This document shows, piece by piece, positions 1 to 8,892 of a stretch of DNA of 35,809 bases. Below the pieces are notes generated by a model that was not told where the DNA came from, made no database searches, and was given only the letters and a program-made list of their open reading frames with translations. Numbering within the stretch: position 1 is the stretch's first letter; each line of letters starts with the position of its first letter. This DNA is from Pseudomonadota bacterium (lineage in GTDB: Bacteria > Pseudomonadota > Alphaproteobacteria > Rhizobiales > Aestuariivirgaceae), in assembly GCA_016522385.1 (NCBI GenBank), contig JAEKFU010000064.1, positions 1 through 35,809 on the forward strand, given 5' to 3'. The translations under genes and the position numbers were made by a program.

Positions 1-1
1 G

Positions 2-211
2 CTGTTTGCTCTATATCCTCCTGAACGCTTCAAACAAATCCACCGCAAATGGGGTCGAGTCCATTTCCAATACCTGATGGCCGGTGAACAATTGGCCGAC
101 TATGACTATTTTGCCATTACCGCCGGCACCAAGAGCCTCGCCGCCAGATACGCTCATCGCCCGGCAGCCCCCGGCTTTGACCGGTTCAAAACCCGTTGGC
201 TGGGAAATTGA
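2..211 (+). CDS. 3' end of an unidentified protein gene, truncated by the window edge (69 codons + TGA)
   Basis: Frame 2 is open from the window edge to TGA at 209-211 (...ERFKQIHRKWGRVHFQYLMAGEQLADYDYFAITAGTKSLAARYAHRPAAPGFDRFKTRWLGN*). The residue composition is varied and protein-like. It ends 33 nt before the co-oriented next gene. It is absent from the ORF track because it has no start in the window. It competes with the antisense 70-aa ORF 11..223. I do not recognise the family. Confidence 0.4.
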   Translation: MFALYPPERFKQIHRKWGRVHFQYLMAGEQLADYDYFAITAGTKSLAARYAHRPAAPGFDRFKTRWLGN

Positions 212-244
212 GGCCATTGGCACGAAATCTGCATAGTTCGGGAC

Positions 245-1573
245 ATGTTCACGAGACGTGCCATACTTGCTGGATCCATGGGGGCAACAGCGCTAGGCGT
301 GGCGGGTGCAACTGCTGGTGCAGCACCGGCGAATGCCTACAATGCCATGGATTACGGCGTTCGACCCAACGCGCCGCATGACCAGTCCGGTGCACTGCAG
401 GCGGCCATCGACGGCGCGAACGCGAACGGCGGTTACCTGATCCTGCCGCCCGGCCGGTATGTCGCCCGAAATCTGTCGATCTCCGCGCCGTTTTGCCTGC
501 AAGGCATGCCTGGCCTGACGCAGCTGATACTTGCCGGTGGCGCTCATCTCCTGCAGGCCGGGAACACGCATAACGTCACGCTGTCAGGCATCATCTTTGA
601 CGGCGCGCGCCAACCGGTTTCGCAGGCACTTGTTGTCTTCGATCAGGTCGACAATCTGACAATCGAGCAATGCGAATTTCGCAACAGCGTGGCCAACAGC
701 CTGAGCGTCAGGCGCTCATCGGGCCGCGTCATGAACAACACTTTGGCTCATGCGGGCGCCGCGGCGATCTTTGCGATCGACAGCCGCGGTCTCGAGATTT
801 GCCATAACCATGTCCACGACATGGCCGATAACGGCATTCTGGTTTGGCAGTCCAAGCCGCGCGAAGACGGCACTATCATCTCGCACAACCGTATTGAACG
901 CATCGGCAACAAGAGTGGCGGCAGTGGTCAGTATGGCAATGGCATCAACATATTTCGCGCCGGTAATGTCACTGCCTCTGACAACCGTATCTGTGATTGC
1001 GCCTATACCGCCATCCGCAACCATTCCGGCTCGAACGTGCAGATGCTCGCCAACAATTGCAGTCGTTTGGGCGAAGTGGCGCTGTACAGTGAATTCGGCT
1101 TTGAGGGAGCGGTTATTTCCGACAATGTTGTTGATGATGCAGCCACCGGCATTTCGATCACCAACTTCAGTGACGGCGGTCGTCTCGCCGTCTGCGCCAA
1201 CAATCTGGTGCGCCGGCTGCACGTCCGCGATCATTCGGACAAGCGCGGCATCGGCATCTCCGTTGAGGCCGATACCGTAGTCACCGGAAATGTCATCGAG
1301 GATGCCCCCGTGGCCGGCCTAGCACTCGGTTGGGGCCCGTACAGCCGTAATGTTTCGGCAATCGGTAACATCGTGCGGCGCTGTGGCGTCGGCATCACCG
1401 CCTCGGTCAGCCGGCGAGCAGAACAGAGCCTGATTGCCCACAATATTATCTCGGGCATCGCAGGCGCGGCCATTCTCGGCATGGATCACAGTCGGCCGGC
1501 AACTGCCGACCTGGCGCTGCCGGGCGCAGAAATCCCGTCGACCCTGACGATTTCAGATAACCTGATCAGCTGA
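245..1573 (+). CDS. Tat-exported right-handed parallel beta-helix repeat protein (TIGR03808-like 'TAT-translocated repetitive protein'), function unknown
   Basis: 442-aa ORF. The N-terminus MFTRRAILAGSMGATALGVAGATAGAAPANA has a twin-arginine motif, a hydrophobic core and an A-x-A cleavage site. The body contains reiterated ~22-25-aa G/N/I-rich turns (NNxI..., GNxI..., DNxI...) typical of pectate-lyase-like beta-helices. Confidence 0.85.
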   Translation: MFTRRAILAGSMGATALGVAGATAGAAPANAYNAMDYGVRPNAPHDQSGALQAAIDGANANGGYLILPPGRYVARNLSISAPFCLQGMPGLTQLILAGGAHLLQAGNTHNVTLSGIIFDGARQPVSQALVVFDQVDNLTIEQCEFRNSVANSLSVRRSSGRVMNNTLAHAGAAAIFAIDSRGLEICHNHVHDMADNGILVWQSKPREDGTIISHNRIERIGNKSGGSGQYGNGINIFRAGNVTASDNRICDCAYTAIRNHSGSNVQMLANNCSRLGEVALYSEFGFEGAVISDNVVDDAATGISITNFSDGGRLAVCANNLVRRLHVRDHSDKRGIGISVEADTVVTGNVIEDAPVAGLALGWGPYSRNVSAIGNIVRRCGVGITASVSRRAEQSLIAHNIISGIAGAAILGMDHSRPATADLALPGAEIPSTLTISDNLIS

Positions 1574-1687
1574 CTTCGCGATCAATTTCGATTGGCACAG
1601 CCTTGCTGCATCTCCCAACTGCTGGGGAGGGGGTGAGCGGAGCATCAACATCCGAACGCCTCAGCAAGCTCCTTCGAAACGTCCTGC

Positions 1688-2713
1688 CTAACCGCCCTCC
1701 CTGAGGACAGAGGGGACCGCGCCTTGAACAGCTCGCAGCTCACCAGTCTGGATATCCGCCCGGTTAAAGACCGGCACACAGGCAAAACGCTCCAGGATCG
1801 CGCAATCTTCATCACCAAACACCGCAAGATCGACCAGCAATCGGGCCATCAGCGTTTCGGCACCGCGAGATGCGCCGTCATCGCACTTCAGCGCAATTCC
1901 GAGCCCGGCATGCGGCACGGCTGCACAGAATACACCTTCGGCACCGGTCTTCACAAACGCGCCGGGCACGGCGGTCATCAAATCGGTGCAGAACCGATCC
2001 GTGCCGGCAACCATGAACGGATGTGCGCGGACCGCCGCTACGATCCGATTGGCCGCTGCGCGGCGTTCGTCGCTCATACCCTGACCGCTGGCGAACCGGG
2101 CAAATCCCGATGCCCACGCACCAAGCGGAAGGGCCCATGTTGGCACTGAACAGCCATCGATACCGCACGGTGCCGAAGTCATATCCGCATCGCACATCTC
2201 GGCGATCACATTGGCGATAGTCTGCTGAACAGGATGATCGGGCCGTGTATAGCCTTTAAGATCAACGTCCAGATGTTTGCCGAGGGCAAGCATTCCGGCA
2301 TGCTTGCCCGAGCAGTTATTGTGCACTGGACCGGGTTCTGCACCTAAAATGGCCAAGTCGCGCGTTGCTTCATGCCGTGTCGGCCAGTGCGGCCCGCACT
2401 CGTAAGATTTTTCCGAAATCCCCGCCTTGGCCAGCATCGAGCGCGCCGCGGCGATATGCGCAGGCTCGCCGTTGTGGGAAGCACATGCCAGGGCAATTTC
2501 GGCATTGTTGAAGCCGAAACGTGCCGCCGCCCCGGACTCGACGAACGCCAGTGCCTGCAGTGCCTTGACGGCGGAACGCGGAAACACCGGCATAGTGATG
2601 TCGCCGGCGCTTGCGATCAGTTCGCCGTCAGCCTTCGATACTGCATAAGAAGCCCGATGGCAGCTTTCAACAATGCCGCCGCGAGTGACTTCGACAAGAA
2701 CGGGATTGATCAT
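1688..2713 (-). CDS. asparaginase family protein (L-asparaginase II / PF06089 type)
   Basis: 341-aa ORF. It begins MINPVLVEVTRGGIVESCHRASYAV...PVFPRSAVKALQALA...ACASHNGEPAHI...NNCSGKHAGML, the pattern I recognise from the Rhizobium-type asparaginase II family. Its ATG (2711-2713) overlaps the TGA of the upstream aminotransferase (ATGA). Confidence 0.85.
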   Translation of the reverse strand: MINPVLVEVTRGGIVESCHRASYAVSKADGELIASAGDITMPVFPRSAVKALQALAFVESGAAARFGFNNAEIALACASHNGEPAHIAAARSMLAKAGISEKSYECGPHWPTRHEATRDLAILGAEPGPVHNNCSGKHAGMLALGKHLDVDLKGYTRPDHPVQQTIANVIAEMCDADMTSAPCGIDGCSVPTWALPLGAWASGFARFASGQGMSDERRAAANRIVAAVRAHPFMVAGTDRFCTDLMTAVPGAFVKTGAEGVFCAAVPHAGLGIALKCDDGASRGAETLMARLLVDLAVFGDEDCAILERFACVPVFNRADIQTGELRAVQGAVPSVLREGG

Positions 2714-3642
2714 TCAGCGGCTTCTGCAAGGCTCGTATCGACCAGCGTGGAAAAGCGCGGGTCATCATGCGCCTGCCAGTACAGCGCTCTGAGCCGGCTG
2801 GCGACTGGTCCGGCTTGTCCATCTCCGACTTCTTCATCATCAAGCATCGTGACCGGGATAATGCCGCCGGCCGTTGATGTGATGAAGATCTCATCCGCTG
2901 AATTAAGCGCATCAGCGGTGACGGCGGCAACCACTGTCTCGATATTGAGATCGCCGGCCAATTCGATCGCCGTGCGCCGTGTGATGCCATGCAGTACCCC
3001 GGTATCCGGCGTCATCATCACGCCGTCGTTGATGATGAAGATGTTGAAGCCTGGCCCCTCGGTGACATTGCCATCCCGATCGAGCAGTACCGGCACCTTT
3101 GCACCGCGTTCAGACGCCTCCATCATCCCCGCTGTCAAATCGCCCCACATGTAGTTTTTGATGGTCTGGTCGAACGAAGCCATCGGCGTTCGCTCAGCTG
3201 AAGCGGTGATCATTCTGATCCCCTGCGGTTGCTCCTCATAGGGCGCGATCCACATGAACGGTATGGCAAAGCCATAGAGCCCGTTGGTGCAGTCAAGCGG
3301 ATTGCGTGTCCCTGGTGGTAGCGAGCCGCGCGTCGCGGTGAAATTGACATAGGCGTCTTGCAAACCGGTCAGCGCCACCAGTCGGTGCAACATGGCAATC
3401 AGCCCGGTCCGGTCGAGCGGCAGCTTGAAACGCAGCTTGTCGGTACTGGCCAGGAAGCGATCGATATGATCCTCCAGGCGAAAGAACTGTCCCTTCCAGA
3501 CATGCACCACATCGTAAGTTGCATCGGAGCGGATGAAGCCCAGATCAGTAATCGGAATCCGCGCCTCACTAACCGGCACGAATTCCCCGTTCACATAACC
3601 TGCTCCGGCGGCGAATTGGTCGTCAGAGCTCTTGTTCGTCAT
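2710..3642 (-). CDS. class IV aminotransferase (branched-chain / D-amino-acid aminotransferase fold)
   Basis: 310-aa ORF. The N-terminus is YVNGEFVPVSEARIPITDLGFIRSDATYDVVHVW. The internal NVTEGPGFNIFII and GVLHGITRRTAIELA blocks are typical of class IV PLP aminotransferases. It is first in a two-gene operon with the asparaginase-family gene. Confidence 0.85.
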   Translation of the reverse strand: MTNKSSDDQFAAGAGYVNGEFVPVSEARIPITDLGFIRSDATYDVVHVWKGQFFRLEDHIDRFLASTDKLRFKLPLDRTGLIAMLHRLVALTGLQDAYVNFTATRGSLPPGTRNPLDCTNGLYGFAIPFMWIAPYEEQPQGIRMITASAERTPMASFDQTIKNYMWGDLTAGMMEASERGAKVPVLLDRDGNVTEGPGFNIFIINDGVMMTPDTGVLHGITRRTAIELAGDLNIETVVAAVTADALNSADEIFITSTAGGIIPVTMLDDEEVGDGQAGPVASRLRALYWQAHDDPRFSTLVDTSLAEAAE

Positions 3643-3812
3643 AGTTTGCCTCTTGTGGAGCTGTGCAGACCGGTGATTAAAGCACCAAACGCTTCAGTCG
3701 ACGAGTCGTGATACGCATCACACGCGGGTTTGATGGCACCTATGTTGACCGCGCAAATCCCACGCTGCAGACTTGATACCATTGAATCCATCTATAGCGC
3801 AGGAACCAGGTC

Positions 3813-4472
3813 ATGGAACTCTTTACCGCTCGGGTATGCCCCTATGCCCATCGCAGCCGTTTGGCGCTTCTGGAAAAAGGCCTCGAATTTCAACACACCG
3901 AGATTGATTTCAAGAACAAGTCGGTAAGATTTTTGGAGGCCTCGCCATATGGCAAGGTGCCAGCGCTCGTCCATGACGGTAAAACGCTATACGAGAGTCT
4001 GATTATCAACGAGTATCTCGACGAGGTATTCCCTGAGCCTCAGCTGATGCCGGATGATCCGGTGCTCAAGGCGAGAGTGCGTATCTGGAACCATTATTGT
4101 GATGAATACTACACCGCGGATCAATATGCGTTGATGAAGAACAGGGAGTCAGAGCGCCACGCCGAGCTGCTCGGCAAGGTGCATGACAGGATGCGCTTCG
4201 TCGAATCTGAAGGCTTTGTCAAGCTCTCCGGTGCTGGACCTTACTGGCTCGGCGCCGAGGTTAGCCTGATTGACCTTGCCTGGTACCCGTTCTTTGAGCG
4301 GCTTCCGGCCTGGACCTATTACCGTGGTCTGACGATCCCGACAGACTGCCCGCGGCTTGCCGCATGGGTAACCGCCATGTCCGAGCGTGCGTCGGTCACA
4401 GACATTGCCAATGACAAAGATTATTACATCGCCAGCTATGAAGGATACGCCGGTGAGGTGATGGCCGCCTAG
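3813..4472 (+). CDS. glutathione S-transferase family protein
   Basis: 219-aa ORF. It has a thioredoxin-like N-domain (CPYAHRSRLALLEKGLEF...YGKVPALVHDGKTLYESLIINEYLDE) and a helical C-domain. It is divergent from the aminotransferase operon. Confidence 0.85.
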   Translation: MELFTARVCPYAHRSRLALLEKGLEFQHTEIDFKNKSVRFLEASPYGKVPALVHDGKTLYESLIINEYLDEVFPEPQLMPDDPVLKARVRIWNHYCDEYYTADQYALMKNRESERHAELLGKVHDRMRFVESEGFVKLSGAGPYWLGAEVSLIDLAWYPFFERLPAWTYYRGLTIPTDCPRLAAWVTAMSERASVTDIANDKDYYIASYEGYAGEVMAA

Positions 4473-4478
4473 AGTCGA

Positions 4479-4925
4479 TCACACCCCGCCAGCAGCCAGC
4501 GTGCCAAACCGCTCGCGAATTCGTTTCCGCAGCGAGTCACGCACACTCCGGAAACCTTCCAGAATCTGCTCGCGACTGCCAGCGATCGCCGACGGGTCGA
4601 GCGTTGGCCAGTATTCCGCTTCGATGGCCATGGTGCGGGTCATCTCGAGCGCCTTGTGGTGGGCTTCCGGTGAAAGTGAAATTACGAGATCGAAGCTTGA
4701 ATCCTCTAGGTCATCAAAGGTGCGCGAGCGGTGTTTCGACAGGTCAATGCCAATTTCATCCATGACCGTAACGGCGAAGCCGTCCACCTCACCGGAGCGC
4801 GCGCCACAGGACTGGACATAGACCTGGCGGCCGTAGAAGTGCCGCATTAGCCCTTCGGCCATCGGTGATCGGACGGAGTTGTGGCTGCAAGCGAAAAGCA
4901 CGGCCCCTGGCAGATCGCTCGCCAT
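4479..4925 (-). CDS. low-molecular-weight phosphotyrosine phosphatase / ArsC-type phosphatase family protein
   Basis: 148-aa ORF with an N-terminal C-X5-R-S P-loop (LFACSHNSVRSPMAEG). The size and layout fit the LMW-PTP fold. It lies 9 nt downstream of the UPF0262 gene. Confidence 0.85.
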   Translation of the reverse strand: MASDLPGAVLFACSHNSVRSPMAEGLMRHFYGRQVYVQSCGARSGEVDGFAVTVMDEIGIDLSKHRSRTFDDLEDSSFDLVISLSPEAHHKALEMTRTMAIEAEYWPTLDPSAIAGSREQILEGFRSVRDSLRKRIRERFGTLAAGGV

Positions 4926-4934
4926 CGGCGGACC

Positions 4935-5435
4935 TTAGCCGCGCCAGTGCAAAACGCACACCAGCGTGAACAGCCGTCGGGCGGTATCGAAATCGACATG
5001 AACTTTGCCCTTCAGCCTTTCTTGAAGAATTTCACTGCCTTCATCATGCAAGCCCCGCCGCGCCATATCGATGGTCTCGATCTGGCTTGGCGTTGAAGTG
5101 CGGATCGCGTCAAAATAGCTCTCGCAGATCATGAAATAGTCTTTGACGATCCGCCGGAAAGGTGACAGCGCCAGCCCGATGATCGCGCAATCCTTGCCCG
5201 TGCGATCAGAGATACCGAACATCAGCCGGCCCTCGGTGATCGACAGGCGCAACTTGTAGGGCCCACTGTCGCGACCGACGACTTGAAACGAATTCTCCTG
5301 AAGCAGATCGAAGATTGCCACCTGCCGCTCATGCTCGACGTCTGCCGACGGCACCACAGCTAGGCTCGTGTCAAGCTGCACATCGATCAGCTTGGCGGTC
5401 GCATCGTTCAAAGTTTCATCAGTCGGCGCAGGCAT
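4935..5435 (-). CDS. UPF0262 family protein (alphaproteobacterial, function unknown)
   Basis: 166-aa ORF with the family hallmarks [66 protein letters not shown] and [16 protein letters not shown]. Confidence 0.8.
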   Translation of the reverse strand: MPAPTDETLNDATAKLIDVQLDTSLAVVPSADVEHERQVAIFDLLQENSFQVVGRDSGPYKLRLSITEGRLMFGISDRTGKDCAIIGLALSPFRRIVKDYFMICESYFDAIRTSTPSQIETIDMARRGLHDEGSEILQERLKGKVHVDFDTARRLFTLVCVLHWRG

Positions 5436-5444
5436 GTAGCGGGA

Positions 5445-5584
5445 CTAAGGCCTGTGGACAATTAGTATTGCGGTGTTGGCGTAGCCTACTTTGTCTCTGG
5501 CTGGCTTTTGGTGGTGCGGCAGGGCCAACCCCTTCAAGCCGCTCACAGTACCGTTCAATGGCGACATGGGCCGCATCCTTTCTG
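5445..5584 (-). repeat. copy A of a ~140-nt intergenic repeat element (paralogue of 17924-18062)
   Basis: The reverse complement of 5445-5583 aligns without gaps to 17924-18062, with 99/139 identical positions by hand count. The most conserved block is CTAATTG[T/C]CCACAGGCC. The element ends 9 nt upstream of the UPF0262 ATG and is co-oriented with it. Confidence 0.75.
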
Positions 5585-5694
5585 TCAAAGTTGCTCAAAT
5601 TTCATCTCCGTCAAAGCCATTACTAACTCTGGAACAGGCACCCAATCTGACCCGAACCTACCAAACCAGCGCCACAACCCTGATTATCCACACC

Positions 5695-6990
5695 CTAGGA
5701 CAGGTTCAATCGGATGGCGACCGACCTGGCATGGGCGTCAAGGCCCTCCGCGCGGCCGAGCGTCACTGCTGCCGGGCCGACTTTTCTCAGTGCGTCTGGC
5801 GAGCATTTTAGGATCGATGTGCGCTTCATGAAATCGAGAACGTTGAGACCTGACGAGAACCGCGCGCTGCGCGCCGTCGGCAACACATGATTGGGTCCAC
5901 CGACATAATCACCGACCGCCTCCGGCGTATAGGCGCCAATGAAAATGGCGCCGGCATTTCGCACTCGCCGGCTCAGGTCTTCCGCATTCTCCGTAGCGAC
6001 TTCAAGATGCTCCGGCGCCAGCTTGTCGACCAGCGGCAGAGCCTCATTGAAATCCGATACAATTATGATGGCGCCGAAATCACGCCAGCTGGACCCAGCG
6101 ATATCCGCCTTCGGCAGGGATTTCAGCTGGCTCTGGACAGCCGCCTCGACTGCTTCAGCAAAACTCTCATCGTTGGTAATCAGGATCGATTGCGCGCTGG
6201 TATCATGTTCCGCCTGGGCCAACAGATCCGCTGCAATCCAACTCGGGTCATTGGCGGCATCGGCCAGGATCAGCACTTCGGAAGGCCCGGCAATCATGTC
6301 GATGCCAACCGTGCCGAAGACTTGTCGCTTGGCCGCCGCCACATAGGCATTGCCCGGTCCGACAATCTTGGCAACAGGGGCAATCGTGCCGGTGCCATAT
6401 GCCAACGCAGCCACTGCCTGTGCGCCGCCAATCCGGTAGATTTCCGAAACGCCGGCGATCTTCGCTGCTGACAACACTTGGGCATTGACGATACCATCGG
6501 GCGTCGGGACAACCATCACCAGCCGTTCGACGCCGGCCACTTTGGCCGGTATCGCATTCATCAAGACCGACGACGGATAGGCCGCCAGTCCACCGGGCAC
6601 ATAAAGACCAACTGCCTCGACCGCTGTCCAGCGGTGTCCGAGCTCAACCCCACTGTCGTCGGTATAGCGTTCGGCGTCGGGTAGTTGACGCTGATGGTAG
6701 GCGGTAATCCGTTCCGCTGCCAGTTCCAGCGCGCCGCGCACGTCGTCCGGGCATTCGGTTTCAGCCGCACGGATCTCTAAATCTGAAAACTGCAAATTCT
6801 CGACAGTTGGCGCATATCGGTCAAACTTCTCTGTTAGTTCGACAAGTGCCGTGTCGCCGCGTGTGCGCACATCGGCAATGATCTCAGCGACTGCCGAATT
6901 GACGTCCGCCGCGCCCTCGCGCTTCATTGTCAGCAGCACGCCAAACTGTTCGCCAAAGTCGGCAGTTGCCGTATTCAGCCATTGCGCCAT
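5695..6990 (-). CDS. hisD: histidinol dehydrogenase
   Basis: The ORF 5695..7098 carries HisD blocks (GLYVPGG.AAYPSSVLMN, VGIDMIAGPSEVLILAD, AQAEHD, APEHLE, GDYVGGPNHVLPT). I place the start at the internal ATG at 6990 (MAQWLNTATADF...). That gives about 431 aa and removes the overlap with the upstream DUF2948 gene, whose stop is at 6998-7000. Confidence 0.95.
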   Translation of the reverse strand: MAQWLNTATADFGEQFGVLLTMKREGAADVNSAVAEIIADVRTRGDTALVELTEKFDRYAPTVENLQFSDLEIRAAETECPDDVRGALELAAERITAYHQRQLPDAERYTDDSGVELGHRWTAVEAVGLYVPGGLAAYPSSVLMNAIPAKVAGVERLVMVVPTPDGIVNAQVLSAAKIAGVSEIYRIGGAQAVAALAYGTGTIAPVAKIVGPGNAYVAAAKRQVFGTVGIDMIAGPSEVLILADAANDPSWIAADLLAQAEHDTSAQSILITNDESFAEAVEAAVQSQLKSLPKADIAGSSWRDFGAIIIVSDFNEALPLVDKLAPEHLEVATENAEDLSRRVRNAGAIFIGAYTPEAVGDYVGGPNHVLPTARSARFSSGLNVLDFMKRTSILKCSPDALRKVGPAAVTLGRAEGLDAHARSVAIRLNLS

Positions 6991-6997
6991 GTTTTGC

Positions 6998-7435
6998 TCA
7001 CTCGCCGTGATCGGGAATATTTGCGGTTTCCCACATGGGACCGAGATCTTCAAGGCTGGCCTCGATACATTCGACGCCAAGTCGGATGATGCCGCCACCG
7101 GAGAATGTCAGATCAATCGATCCAGCCGGCGCTTCATCCCCGGGTCGGAAAGCGATCGCCAATAGCGACAGGATTGCATCCTCGGCGCCTTGCCGGACCT
7201 TTTGCGATTGAACCGACGTCACCCGATTGAAATGCAAACCGCAACGTCTGCGCATGCCCGACCGTTTCGCCTGACCCGCCACGGTGCTCCAGTCGAATCG
7301 GTTGGCGACCAGCACGAACCGCTGTTCGCCGGCCAGGTAGCGGATGTCGCCGATGCGCAGAACAGCATCCTGCAACTGTGCCGAAATCACCGACAGGTCG
7401 TCCTCATCCAAAGCTGCTAGCTTCAACAGGTCCAT
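6998..7435 (-). CDS. DUF2948 family protein
   Basis: The ORF 6998..7450 probably starts at the ATG at 7435 (MDLLKLAALDEDDLSVISAQLQDAVLRIGDIRYL...). The sequence and the position between murA and hisD match the conserved alphaproteobacterial DUF2948 gene. Confidence 0.8.
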   Translation of the reverse strand: MDLLKLAALDEDDLSVISAQLQDAVLRIGDIRYLAGEQRFVLVANRFDWSTVAGQAKRSGMRRRCGLHFNRVTSVQSQKVRQGAEDAILSLLAIAFRPGDEAPAGSIDLTFSGGGIIRLGVECIEASLEDLGPMWETANIPDHGE

Positions 7436-7457
7436 GTGATGCGGCCCCACTGCCGGC

Positions 7458-8747
7458 TCAATCGCTCAGCCGTTCGATATCTGCGCCGCAGGCCTTCAGC
7501 TTTTCTTCAAGCGTCTCAAAGCCCCGATCGAGATGGTAGACCCGATTTAGGACCGTGTCGCCTTCCGCGGCAAGTCCAGCGATCACCAGTGACACCGAAG
7601 CTCGCAGGTCGGTTGCCATCACCTGTGCGCCGACCAGCCGGTCAACGCCTCTGACATGTGCAGTGTCGCCGTGCAAAGTGATATCGGCACCGAGCCGCGC
7701 CAGTTCCTGAACATGCATGAAGCGATTCTCGAAGATCGTTTCGCGGATCGTCGACACGCCGTCCGCCTTGGTCATCAGCGCCATCAGCTGGGCCTGCAGA
7801 TCGGTGGCAAATCCCGGATAGGGCTGGGTCTCGACCGATATCGGATGCAAAAGCCCGCCATTGCGCTGTACGCGCATGCCGTCTTTGCTGGCTGCAACCT
7901 CTGCGCCGGCCTGCCGCATGACCTCATTTAATGCATCAAGGAGCTCAGGTCGTGCCCCCGCAAGTGTAACGTCGCCACCTGTCATTGCAGCCGTGATCGC
8001 ATAGGTGCCGGTCTCGATCCGGTCCGGCAAAACATCATGCCGGGCACCATGCAACCGTTCGACCCCTTGGACCGTCATTGTTGATGACCCAATACCGGCA
8101 ATCTTGGCGCCCATCTTCACCAGGCATTGCGCTACATCAGCGACTTCAGGCTCGCGCGCGGCATTCTCGATCACCGTTTCGCCCTTGGCAAGCGCCGCCG
8201 CCATCAGAGTGGTATGCGTTGCGCCGACCGAGACTTTGGGGAACACAATGCGATCACCGATCAGGCCCGATGGGGCTTCGGCGACCACATACCCACCGTC
8301 CAGTGAGATCTTGGCGCCGAGTTTTTCAAGGGCCATCAAATAAAGGTCGACTGGGCGAGTGCCGATGGCACAACCGCCAGGCAAGGATACCCGTGCTTGA
8401 TGACAGCGGGCAACCAACGGCCCCAGGACCCAAAAACTCGCCCGCATCTTCGCGACAAGCTCATACGGCGCCACCGTGTCGACGATCTCGCCGGCCGTAA
8501 GGTGAACAGTTTCGCCCTGCATGACCGAGCAGCCGGCGCGCTTACCGTCCATCGACATGTCGGCACCATGATTGCGCAGGATGCGTAGCAGCAGATTGAC
8601 GTCTGCCAGGCGCGGCACATTACGCAATGTGAGAGTCTCGTCGGTCAACAACGAGGCAATCATCAATGGCAGGGCGGCGTTTTTTGCCCCGCTGATATGA
8701 ATTGTGCCATTTAGCTTGTTGCCGCCGCGAATGCGGATACGGTCCAT
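7458..8747 (-). CDS. murA: UDP-N-acetylglucosamine 1-carboxyvinyltransferase
   Basis: 429-aa ORF beginning [34 protein letters not shown], with the catalytic-loop region [14 protein letters not shown] and [12 protein letters not shown]. This is an unmistakable MurA. Confidence 0.97.
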   Translation of the reverse strand: MDRIRIRGGNKLNGTIHISGAKNAALPLMIASLLTDETLTLRNVPRLADVNLLLRILRNHGADMSMDGKRAGCSVMQGETVHLTAGEIVDTVAPYELVAKMRASFWVLGPLVARCHQARVSLPGGCAIGTRPVDLYLMALEKLGAKISLDGGYVVAEAPSGLIGDRIVFPKVSVGATHTTLMAAALAKGETVIENAAREPEVADVAQCLVKMGAKIAGIGSSTMTVQGVERLHGARHDVLPDRIETGTYAITAAMTGGDVTLAGARPELLDALNEVMRQAGAEVAASKDGMRVQRNGGLLHPISVETQPYPGFATDLQAQLMALMTKADGVSTIRETIFENRFMHVQELARLGADITLHGDTAHVRGVDRLVGAQVMATDLRASVSLVIAGLAAEGDTVLNRVYHLDRGFETLEEKLKACGADIERLSD

Positions 8748-8892
8748 GTCAATCCCAACGTGTTCAGGTTAGTGCGATAGCACGATCCGGACGCCCGCAC
8801 CCCAGTGCAGCGAGTCTTAATGGTGAGGTTACAAGCATATTTTGCCGCATTGGGGCAATCCCCTTACGGCAATTGAATTGTGTTCACGACAA

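Noticed and set aside
11-223. A 70-aa ORF on the minus strand at the window start.
   Set aside because: It is Gly/Ala-rich, like the antisense of a real gene. It would leave only about 21-27 nt for two divergent promoters before the Tat-protein gene. The plus-strand frame that is open to the window edge gives a more protein-like sequence and a normal 33-nt operon spacing. GC3 does not discriminate between the two frames, so this rejection is not absolute.
2372-3154. A 260-aa plus-strand ORF spanning the asparaginase/aminotransferase junction.
   Set aside because: It lies antisense to two genes with strong family motifs and an ATGA-coupled junction. Its composition is low in complexity.
5491-5831. 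Plus-strand ORFs 5491..5811 and 5508..5831 across the hisD 3' end and the spacer.
   Set aside because: They overlap hisD in antisense and run through repeat copy A. Their products are not protein-like.
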